Source: Oscillospiraceae bacterium
Lineage (GTDB): Bacteria; Bacillota; Clostridia; Oscillospirales; SIG627
Direction of reading: 5' to 3'
NCBI GenBank assembly: GCA_015064635.1
Contig: SVRV01000005.1
Span: 32,858 to 96,857 of the forward strand
DNA: 64,000 bases
In this document: one piece after another, positions 9,291 through 16,534 of the stretch
Layout of the letters: the number at the start of each line of letters is the position of its first letter
Position numbering within the stretch: position 1 is the stretch's first letter
Made by a program: the position numbers and the translations under genes
The notes under the pieces: generated by a model
Told to the model about the DNA's origin: nothing
Seen by the model: only the letters and a program-made list of their open reading frames with translations
The model's database searches: none

Positions 9291-9341
9291 CACAAAAAGC
9301 CCCTCAAAATCTCGAAGCAAAGCTCCGAAATTTGAAGGGCT
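9291..9341 (-). terminator. Imperfect long hairpin plus T-run, probable terminator after the abrB-like gene
   Basis: Minus strand: AGCCCTTCAAATTTCGGAGC...GCTTCGAGATTTTGAGGGGCT followed by TTTTTGTGATTTTT. Confidence 0.45.
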
Positions 9342-9358
9342 GTCTTTAAAATTGTGTT

Positions 9359-9607
9359 TTAGTTTGGTATTTTAGATATTTCTCTTATACAATTAATACA
9401 AATAGTCTTTGACTGATGCTTTGTGAGAGCTGTCTGAGCACCGCAAAAGATACAAGCAGGCGTGTTTTTTTGCAAAACAATTTTCTCACCCTCTATATCC
9501 ATTCTAAGAAGGTCACCCGACTTTATATCAAGCTCATTTCTGAATTCAATGGGTACAACTATTCTGCCGAGTTCATCTATGGCACGTACATTTCCTTTTG
9601 TTCTCAT
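9359..9607 (-). CDS. AbrB/MazE/SpoVT-family DNA-binding protein with a C-terminal Cys4 zinc-ribbon-like tail
   Basis: RAIDELGRIVVPIEFRNELDIKSGD swapped-hairpin motif, and a C-terminal CIFCG-x15-CINC. Start moved to ATG 9607 (GAGGTG 6 nt upstream) rather than the GTG at 9616. Confidence 0.7.
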   Translation of the reverse strand: MRTKGNVRAIDELGRIVVPIEFRNELDIKSGDLLRMDIEGEKIVLQKNTPACIFCGAQTALTKHQSKTICINCIREISKIPN

Positions 9608-9695
9608 TATTCTCACCTCGACACAATGATAACATATCTTTCAACCAATGTCAACATTAATTTACAGTTTTTACCAATTTACAACAAAATTACCT

Positions 9696-10472
9696 TTAAA
9701 GCACTATTGTATCACCGCAGTAAAGATAATTCAGCTTCGTCATATACGATTTCATAAATCTGTATTGCTCCTCACCCGTACAATGGCAAGTATAAAAATG
9801 AGTGTCAAACGAATTTAAATACATTGCATATTTTTCAAGATTTTCATCAAGAGGAAGTTTTGAATAATGAAAGCCTCCGACAATAGCATCGGGATGAAAC
9901 CATTCGGCAATATCCATAATTCCCTTGTGCGAGCATCCGCTGATAAGCACACGATTCCCCTTCTCCTCAATGAGCAAATATTGCTCGTGGCGAAAATCAT
10001 CGGGTATGTATTCTCCCTGTTCTTTCAATGTCAGACCAAAGCTTCCAAGGTCATGATTCTTCTTTTTGCCGTTGCAAGAGTAGAGAGTTAACCCTTTTGC
10101 TATTTCGCATATATCATCTGTATACACCAGTCTATCGCATTTTTCAAGAGAAACATCGAGACCGATATACTTCTCCGTACCGTTATAGTGAGGTTCAAAG
10201 GCATATTTGCTGATATAAACAGGTGCTTTTTCATTAATCCGTAGGAAGCTTTTCAAGCCTCCTCCATGGTCATAGTGACCGTGGGAAAGTACTGCCACGT
10301 CCACGCCCGAGAGGTCAATCCCCATTACTTTGGCATTATCGGCAAAAGCATCGGTTTGCCCCATATCAAAAAGTAGAGTTTGATTTTCGGTTTCAATATA
10401 GAGCGACAATCCGTGTTCGGCTTTTATACCGTCTTTATTTGATATATTTTCTACTAAAGCTGTTATTTTCAT
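9696..10472 (-). CDS. MBL-fold metallo-hydrolase
   Basis: 258 aa with the LSHGHYDHGGG (HxHxDH) motif. Confidence 0.8.
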   Translation of the reverse strand: MKITALVENISNKDGIKAEHGLSLYIETENQTLLFDMGQTDAFADNAKVMGIDLSGVDVAVLSHGHYDHGGGLKSFLRINEKAPVYISKYAFEPHYNGTEKYIGLDVSLEKCDRLVYTDDICEIAKGLTLYSCNGKKKNHDLGSFGLTLKEQGEYIPDDFRHEQYLLIEEKGNRVLISGCSHKGIMDIAEWFHPDAIVGGFHYSKLPLDENLEKYAMYLNSFDTHFYTCHCTGEEQYRFMKSYMTKLNYLYCGDTIVL

Positions 10473-10522
10473 ATTATTACAAGTTTAGCCGAAGAGAGTC
10501 TCCCCTCTTCGGCTATTGATTA

Positions 10523-11656
10523 TTAGTCTATAACCTCTACGGTCTTATTGTAGAAGGACTTGAGTGCGGCTGTAGCCATTGTATGAGAAAGAACTGTTTC
10601 TTCGGGTGTAAAGAGACCGAAGGGTACTTCAACACCTGAATATTCAAGCATAAACGCCGCAATCTGCTGCTGAATTGCATCTGTAAAGCCAAACTCAAAG
10701 ATAGGTCCTGTTATTGTGGGTATCATAGGCTTATATCCGATGATAATTCTGTTCCATGACTGCTCCTTGCCCCATGAAGATGTGTAATGGAAAGCATTTG
10801 CATCGTCACTTGTGAACTTAGCACTGCACTCTGTGCCATAGATCTCAAAGAACCAACGGTTTGTTGAACCGGGAGCCATTCTCTTTGTCTCAAATGTCAT
10901 GGGAATTTCATCACCGTCTGCATTGAGAGTTGTAGCGAAGATAGTACAGTTGTCAAATGTATCACAAACTGCCATACCTCCCTTGCCGTCGGGACGCTCC
11001 TTGACGATGTTGCTGAAGTGCGCTCTTACTGTCTTGGGCTTAAAGCCGAGACGGAAAGGAACGTGCTGAGTGTGGATGCCGAGGTCTCCAAGACAACCGT
11101 ATTCACCGTTGAACTTAACCATTCTCTTCCAGTTGATAGGCTTGTTTACATCCATATCACTGCAATGATTGAATCCGCAATGAATTTCAAGAATCTTACC
11201 GAACTTGCCTTCCTTGTACCAGTTTATCATAGTCTGCATTGCGGGATAATAAGGAAATTCGCTGCAGCAACGTACAAATGTGTTGGGATTCTCCTTGATA
11301 GCTTCCATAATATGAGCATTCGCTTCCTTGTCTATACCAAAGGGCTTTTCGCCAAGGAGAGCTTTGCCGCTCTTGATAATATCAATGTAGAACTGTTCAT
11401 GGAGATTATGAGGAACTGCACAATAAATTGCATCAATATCGTCCTTGTCAAGGAGCTCCTTATAGTCTGCAACCGAATACTTTATTTCAGGAAAATTCTT
11501 ATGGAACCATTCCATTTCCTTGGGAACAACCGAGCAAATACCGACGATTTCGGGACGGGGTACATCGTCTGTAAGATGACACCAACGAGCTGCGGCTGAA
11601 GCAAATTCTCTTGCCATAAGTCCGCATCCGATGAGACCGAATCTAACTGTTTTCAT
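10523..11656 (-). CDS. Gfo/Idh/MocA-family NAD(P)-dependent oxidoreductase
   Basis: MKTVRFGLIGCGLMAREF Rossmann N-terminus and an EKP motif (LLGEKPF). Start set at ATG 11656 (AAAGGA RBS). The longer track ORF reads into an intergenic repeat. Confidence 0.85.
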   Translation of the reverse strand: MKTVRFGLIGCGLMAREFASAAARWCHLTDDVPRPEIVGICSVVPKEMEWFHKNFPEIKYSVADYKELLDKDDIDAIYCAVPHNLHEQFYIDIIKSGKALLGEKPFGIDKEANAHIMEAIKENPNTFVRCCSEFPYYPAMQTMINWYKEGKFGKILEIHCGFNHCSDMDVNKPINWKRMVKFNGEYGCLGDLGIHTQHVPFRLGFKPKTVRAHFSNIVKERPDGKGGMAVCDTFDNCTIFATTLNADGDEIPMTFETKRMAPGSTNRWFFEIYGTECSAKFTSDDANAFHYTSSWGKEQSWNRIIIGYKPMIPTITGPIFEFGFTDAIQQQIAAFMLEYSGVEVPFGLFTPEETVLSHTMATAALKSFYNKTVEVID

Positions 11657-11674
11657 AATTATAATCCTTTCTGA

Positions 11675-11742
11675 CAGGGCTCTGCCCTGAAACTCGCATA
11701 GAAACTTTTTGTAAAATATTTCTATGAACTTCAAAAACTTTT
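11675..11742 (+). repeat. Copy 1 of a ~68-nt two-hairpin intergenic repeat
   Basis: CAGGGCTCTGCCCTGAAACTCGCATAGAAACTTTTTGTAAAATATTTCTATGAACTTCAAAAACTTT. It matches 33991-34057 in the same orientation, about 59 of 68 positions by eye. Confidence 0.7.
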
Positions 11743-11778
11743 ATGTTTATTTTTTCATCCGAATTTCTTGTGATTATA

Positions 11779-11811
11779 TAAAAAGCAGTTGCAGAAAGCT
11801 CTGCAACTGCC
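11779..11811 (-). terminator. Rho-independent terminator after the aminotransferase gene
   Basis: Minus strand: GCAGTTGCAG-AGCTTT-CTGCAACTGC followed by TTTTTA. Confidence 0.75.
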
Positions 11812-11823
11812 TTAAGTCATAGA

Positions 11824-13194
11824 TTAATATCCGAAGTGCTTTTCAGTTTCAGCAACTGCTTCTTCGATGATATCAAGACCCTTGAGAGCTGCTTCGTCAT
11901 CGAGGATCATAGGAGGAGACATACGGAGGATGTGTCCTGAGGGAACCCAAGCAAGACCCTTTTCGAATGCCTTCTGATAAATCATAGTACCTGCTTCAGC
12001 GAAAGGCTCCTTGGTATTTCTGTCCTTAACAACTTCGATAGCCTGGAGACAACCGATAGCACGAACATCACCGATGATGGGATGTCTGTCCATCATTTCC
12101 TTCATTCTCTTAAGCATGATTTCGCCAAGGTGAGCCGAACGCTCATTGAGGTTTTCTTCCTCGATAACCTTGATTGACTCAAGAGCTGCTGCACAAGCCA
12201 TGGGGTTTCCGCCGTAGCTTGAAGAAGCTGAAATCTTTTCAATAGCGGGAGCAAGCTTGTCGGAAACTGCAAGAGCTGTTACGGGGAATCCGTTACCGAA
12301 GCCCTTACCGAGTGTTGTGATGTCCGCTGTAACGTTCCAGTGATCCATAGCAAGGTACTTACCTGTTCTTGCCATACAGTTAAGAACTTCGTCAGCGAAG
12401 AGAAGGATATCTCTCTTGTCGCAAAGAGCACGAAGTGCGGGAAGGAAGTCTGCGGGAGGAATGATTGAACCGCCCCAACCCTGAACGGGTTCAAGGACGA
12501 TAGCTGCAACGTTCTTACCGCCGGAAGCGCAAGCGTTGTCAAGCATACCTTCGATCATGTGAATGTAAGGTGTTGAATCCTTCCAAGCCTCCTCGGGTGT
12601 TCTGCCGAAGAAGTCACGGTAGGGATTGGGTCTGGGAACAAGCATGAAACCGGGAGCTCTCATGTGTGTGTCGGGGCCTACTACCGCAAGAGAGTTAGCA
12701 CCGTAGGTCTTACCGTGGAAATCTCTGAAGAAAGAGATAAATTCCTGCTTGCCTGTTGCTGCTCTTGCACAACGGAGACCTGCTTCAACAGCTGTCGTAC
12801 CTGAATCGTAGAACTGGAATCCTGCGAAACGTCCGCCGGTGATCTCATGAAGCTTTTCAACAAGTTCCATCTTTACCTTTGTAGTAAAGTCGTGGCAGTT
12901 CATAAGATTCTTTGCGTGATGTGCAACTGCTTCGCTGATCTTGGGATGGCAGTGACCGAGACCTGTTACGTAGATACCTGATGAGAAGTCAAGGTATGTA
13001 TTACCGTCAACGTCTGTAAGTGTGTAGCCAAAGCCCTTATCAAATGTTACGGGGAAAAGTTTAACCTGGCTGGAATAGCCCTTCATGTACTTAGCGCATC
13101 TCTCATGGTACTCAACTGACTTAGGACCGGGAACAGTCTCTGTTACAATGTGAGGAACCTGAGTAAGATCCATTGATGCCCAATTTTTGCTCAT
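11824..13194 (-). CDS. Class-III (omega) PLP-dependent aminotransferase
   Basis: 456 aa. Contains SGTTAVEAGLR, LFADEV and TLGKGFGNG (Schiff-base Lys context), typical of the GABA/ornithine-aminotransferase family. Confidence 0.85.
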   Translation of the reverse strand: MSKNWASMDLTQVPHIVTETVPGPKSVEYHERCAKYMKGYSSQVKLFPVTFDKGFGYTLTDVDGNTYLDFSSGIYVTGLGHCHPKISEAVAHHAKNLMNCHDFTTKVKMELVEKLHEITGGRFAGFQFYDSGTTAVEAGLRCARAATGKQEFISFFRDFHGKTYGANSLAVVGPDTHMRAPGFMLVPRPNPYRDFFGRTPEEAWKDSTPYIHMIEGMLDNACASGGKNVAAIVLEPVQGWGGSIIPPADFLPALRALCDKRDILLFADEVLNCMARTGKYLAMDHWNVTADITTLGKGFGNGFPVTALAVSDKLAPAIEKISASSSYGGNPMACAAALESIKVIEEENLNERSAHLGEIMLKRMKEMMDRHPIIGDVRAIGCLQAIEVVKDRNTKEPFAEAGTMIYQKAFEKGLAWVPSGHILRMSPPMILDDEAALKGLDIIEEAVAETEKHFGY

Positions 13195-13382
13195 ATGTAT
13201 TTACCTCTTTCTTAATATTTGTCGGCGACCGCAGTCACCCATTTTTTACTTACGATATGATTATACACACAACTTGCAATTCTGTCAAGAGGTTTTTATG
13301 AATTTCTTTCGATTTATTTTCGTTTTGTTTTCGTTTCTTTTGCTTTTGATATAAATATTTCACATAAATATTCAATTTCCTC

Positions 13383-13411
13383 TTGAAAATCTCATATTTG
13401 TGTGATATAAT
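13383..13411 (+). promoter_or_regulatory. Sigma-A type promoter of the aro operon leader
   Basis: TTGAAA (13383-13388), 17-nt spacer, TATAAT (13406-13411). Confidence 0.6.
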
Positions 13412-13440
13412 ACTTCTATAATTTATTTAGGAGAAGTCCC

Positions 13441-13506
13441 ATGTATAAGTCATTGGCGACAACAGCATACCGATTTTATTATTACTTTACCGTAAAAATC
13501 AGGTAA
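13441..13506 (+). CDS. Candidate 21-aa Tyr/Phe-rich leader peptide (MYKSLATTAYRFYYYFTVKIR)
   Basis: ATG lies 7 nt after AGGAGA (13429-13434). 5 Tyr and 2 Phe in total, with 6 of 7 consecutive codons aromatic (13468-13488). Sits between the promoter and an intrinsic terminator upstream of aroF. Confidence 0.5.
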   Translation: MYKSLATTAYRFYYYFTVKIR

Positions 13507-13555
13507 GGTCTTTCGGTTGTGCTCTTATACGGGATATTTTATAATTTCGAATTTT

Positions 13556-13591
13556 CCCCGTAGCCGACCGGCTACGGTTTTTTTATTTTTT
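13556..13591 (+). terminator. Intrinsic terminator in the aro leader (attenuator)
   Basis: CCGTAGCC-GACC-GGCTACGG followed by TTTTTTTATTTTTT, 22 nt before the aroF ATG. Confidence 0.75.
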
Positions 13592-13612
13592 ATGAAAAGA
13601 GGCTAATTTATT

Positions 13613-14626
13613 ATGATAGTAATTTTAAAACAAAACCCCAACGAAAGCCAGGTAGCACACCTTAAAACATGGCTCGAAGGAAAAGGAATTACAGTGCATG
13701 AAAGTGTCGGTGACTCTCATGTCATTCTGGGACTTGTCGGTGACACCTCAAAGCTGGACAAAGACCTTATATCAGCGCTGGACATCGTTGAAGACGTAAA
13801 GCGTGTTCAGGAGCCTTATAAAAACGCAAACAGAAAATTCCACGCCGAGGACACGGTCATTCATGTGGGCAACACACAGATAGGTGGCGGAACACTCACT
13901 TTGATGGCGGGACCGTGCTCAATCGAAACCGAAGAGCAGATAATAGGAGTTGCAAAAGCAGTTAAGGCTGCAGGTGCTACAATCCTCCGAGGAGGCGCTT
14001 TCAAACCCCGTACATCACCTTACGCATTTCAAGGGATGGGAGCGGACGGAATTGAGCTTTTGAAGCTTGCAAAAAAGGAGACAGGCCTTCCCATCATTAC
14101 AGAAATAATGGAAATATCACAGCTTACCCTCTTTGATGACGTTGACATTATTCAGGTTGGTACAAGAAATATGCAGAACTTCAACCTTCTCCGTGAGCTC
14201 GGACGTCAGAATAAACCAGTAATGCTCAAGCGAGGAATGTCGGCAACCTATGAAGAATGGCTTATGAGTGCCGAATACATTATGGCATCGGGAAACGAAA
14301 AAATCATTCTTTGCGAAAGAGGAATACGCACCTTTGAAACACACACAAGAAACACTCTTGACATTGCCGCAATTCCCGTATTGAAAAAGCTGTCTCACTT
14401 TCCCGTTATCATCGACCCAAGCCATGCAACGGGTAAATCAGCATTGGTAGAGTCTTTGTCCATGGCAGCTGTGGCAGGCGGTGCGGACGGTATTATGATA
14501 GAGGTGCACAATGACCCCGAGCATGCCCTTTGCGACGGTCCTCAATCTATCCGTCCGGAGCAATTCGCAAAAATCTCCGCAAAGCTCTGTGCCTTGCACG
14601 GCTTTATGAAAACAATGGAGGACTAA
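13613..14626 (+). CDS. aroF: 3-deoxy-7-phosphoheptulonate (DAHP) synthase, type I-beta with an N-terminal ferredoxin-like regulatory domain
   Basis: 337 aa. The core LMAGPCSIE...GGAFKPRTSPY...DPSH is typical of KDO8PS-like DAHPS. A ~70-aa N-terminal extension resembles that of the Thermotoga enzyme. Confidence 0.9.
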   Translation: MIVILKQNPNESQVAHLKTWLEGKGITVHESVGDSHVILGLVGDTSKLDKDLISALDIVEDVKRVQEPYKNANRKFHAEDTVIHVGNTQIGGGTLTLMAGPCSIETEEQIIGVAKAVKAAGATILRGGAFKPRTSPYAFQGMGADGIELLKLAKKETGLPIITEIMEISQLTLFDDVDIIQVGTRNMQNFNLLRELGRQNKPVMLKRGMSATYEEWLMSAEYIMASGNEKIILCERGIRTFETHTRNTLDIAAIPVLKKLSHFPVIIDPSHATGKSALVESLSMAAVAGGADGIMIEVHNDPEHALCDGPQSIRPEQFAKISAKLCALHGFMKTMED

Positions 14627-14627
14627 A

Positions 14628-15464
14628 ATGAATATCGGTATAGTGGGACTCGGCCTTATGGGCGGTTCAATGGCAAAGTCAATAAAAACCAAAACGGGAC
14701 ACAGCGTTTTTGCAAAAGATACAAATGACGAAACAATGCTTATGGCAAATCTGACAGGCGCATTGGACGGTGAGCTTGATGAAAAAACGCTTCCGATGTG
14801 CGACATTGTCTTCCTTGCTTTAAGACCCGGCATTGCAATAAAATGGCTGGAAGCAAATGCAGACAATATTTCTAAAAGAGCTACCGTTGTTGACTTTTGC
14901 GGTGTAAAGAGAAACGTAACACGAAAAATGCGCGCTATCGCAGACAGCAAAGAATTCTCCTACATCGGAGGTCACCCCATGGCAGGCAAGGAGCGAGGCG
15001 GCTTCAAAAATTCAACACCTGACCTTTATGTCGGGGCTTCTATGATACTCACACCCGACGACAAAACTTTTCCCGAGCTTCTTGAGGAGCTTTCAAGTTT
15101 GTTTTACGATGTAGGTTTTTCAAGAGTTGTATATTCAACCCCCGAAGAGCATGACAGAATAATTGCTTACACCTCTCAGCTTGCACATATTGTATCAAGT
15201 GCATATATAAAATCTCCCGAAGCACAGCGACAAAGAGGCTTTTCTGCGGGAAGTTTTAGAGACATGACAAGAGTTGCATATCTTGATGAGGATATGTGGA
15301 CAGAACTGTTTTTGGAAAATTCCGATTATTTAACATATGAGCTTGACGTTCTTATTGACAGCTTAAACGAATACAAAAAAGCATTGCACGAGGGTGACAG
15401 AAACACTCTCAATTCCCTTCTCCGTGAAGGAAAAGAGTGCAAAATAAAGGCAGGCGGAAATTAA
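14628..15464 (+). CDS. tyrA: Prephenate dehydrogenase
   Basis: IGIVGLGLMGGS Rossmann N-terminus and GGHPMAGKE catalytic motif. Confidence 0.85.
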   Translation: MNIGIVGLGLMGGSMAKSIKTKTGHSVFAKDTNDETMLMANLTGALDGELDEKTLPMCDIVFLALRPGIAIKWLEANADNISKRATVVDFCGVKRNVTRKMRAIADSKEFSYIGGHPMAGKERGGFKNSTPDLYVGASMILTPDDKTFPELLEELSSLFYDVGFSRVVYSTPEEHDRIIAYTSQLAHIVSSAYIKSPEAQRQRGFSAGSFRDMTRVAYLDEDMWTELFLENSDYLTYELDVLIDSLNEYKKALHEGDRNTLNSLLREGKECKIKAGGN

Positions 15465-16534
15465 TGACAGAAATCAAAATAAACGTTCCGGACTCGTACA
15501 AGGTATACATTGGCAAGGGTATTCTCAAAAACTGTGCGGACATTTTAAAAGACAATAATATAGACGGTAAGCTTGTGGTTGTAAGTGATTCCAACGTCGC
15601 ACCTCTTTATCTCGATGTTGTGATAAATTCCTTGAAAGAGGCCGGATACGATGTATCCCACTTCATCTTCAAAGCAGGTGAGGAATCAAAGAACATCAAT
15701 ACTCTGTCCGATATTCTGGAATTCTTTGCCGAAAGCGGACTCACAAGACGCGATACCGTCATCGCTCTCGGCGGCGGTGTCACAGGCGATATGACAGGCT
15801 TTGCGGCAGGTACGTACATGAGGGGTATTTCCTACGTTCAGATACCAACGACACTTTTGGCGTGCGTTGATTCTTCGGTAGGTGGAAAGACTGCAATAGA
15901 CCTCAAGGCAGGAAAAAACCTTGCAGGACTTTTCATTCAACCGAAAGCCGTGATATGCGACACCGACACGCTGTCCACTCTCCCCGACTCGGTGTACTCT
16001 GACGGTATGGCAGAAGTAATCAAAACAGCGATTCTCAGCGATAAGGAGCTCTTTGAGGCACTTGAAAAGAAAGCTCCCCGTGAAAACGATGAATACGTTA
16101 TCGCAAAATGCGTTGAATATAAAGGAAAAATAGTTGCGGAAGACGAATTTGAGCTGGGTGTGCGAAAGCTTTTGAATTTGGGACACACTCCCGCCCATTC
16201 AATCGAAAAGCTCAGCAAATATACAATTCCCCACGGACATGCTGTTGGCATGGGGCTTTGCATTATGACACGTTCGGCATGTGCGGAGGGGTTAATTGAC
16301 GAGGAGTTAAAGGACAGAATAATCGCTTTGACAGAAAGATACGGTCTTTCGTCAAAATCCCCGTATTCCCCAAAAGAGCTTGCCGATGCTGCTTTCTACG
16401 ATAAAAAGAGAAGCGGTAATACCATAAGTGTAATAAAGATAAGAGCCTTAGGCGACTGCTTCACGGAAAAGTGCGGCATGGACGAAATTGAAGGAATATT
16501 TTCAAGAGGTAATGCCAATGGATGTAAGAATTAA
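15464..16534 (+). CDS. aroB: 3-dehydroquinate synthase
   Basis: GGGVTGDMTGFAA, PTTLLACVDSSVGGKT and NLGHTPAHSIE motifs. The ATG overlaps the tyrA TAA. Confidence 0.9.
   Translation: MTEIKINVPDSYKVYIGKGILKNCADILKDNNIDGKLVVVSDSNVAPLYLDVVINSLKEAGYDVSHFIFKAGEESKNINTLSDILEFFAESGLTRRDTVIALGGGVTGDMTGFAAGTYMRGISYVQIPTTLLACVDSSVGGKTAIDLKAGKNLAGLFIQPKAVICDTDTLSTLPDSVYSDGMAEVIKTAILSDKELFEALEKKAPRENDEYVIAKCVEYKGKIVAEDEFELGVRKLLNLGHTPAHSIEKLSKYTIPHGHAVGMGLCIMTRSACAEGLIDEELKDRIIALTERYGLSSKSPYSPKELADAAFYDKKRSGNTISVIKIRALGDCFTEKCGMDEIEGIFSRGNANGCKN

Noticed and set aside
10478-10516. A hairpin (TAGCCGAAGAG...CTCTTCGGCTA) after the Gfo/Idh/MocA gene as a rho-independent terminator.
   Set aside because: The stem is good but no T-run follows on the minus strand. 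It may still affect transcript stability, so it is left unannotated.
11657-11734. N-terminal extension of the Gfo/Idh/MocA ORF (MKFIEIFYKKFLCEFQGRALSERIII).
   Set aside because: The extension is the reverse translation of the intergenic repeat element. A good RBS precedes ATG 11656, and the Rossmann fold begins right after it.
13321-13360. A run of short T-tracts upstream of the aro promoter, as phased bending or an UP element.
   Set aside because: Tract spacing is about 5-6 nt rather than the helical repeat of about 10.5. It cannot be distinguished from generic AT-rich intergenic DNA.
13415-13612. A T-box or other riboswitch as the aro operon leader.
   Set aside because: The leader is only about 170-190 nt. 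I cannot find the conserved T-box sequence or a specifier-loop architecture by eye, and the short aromatic-rich ORF explains the layout better. This still needs a covariance-model scan.
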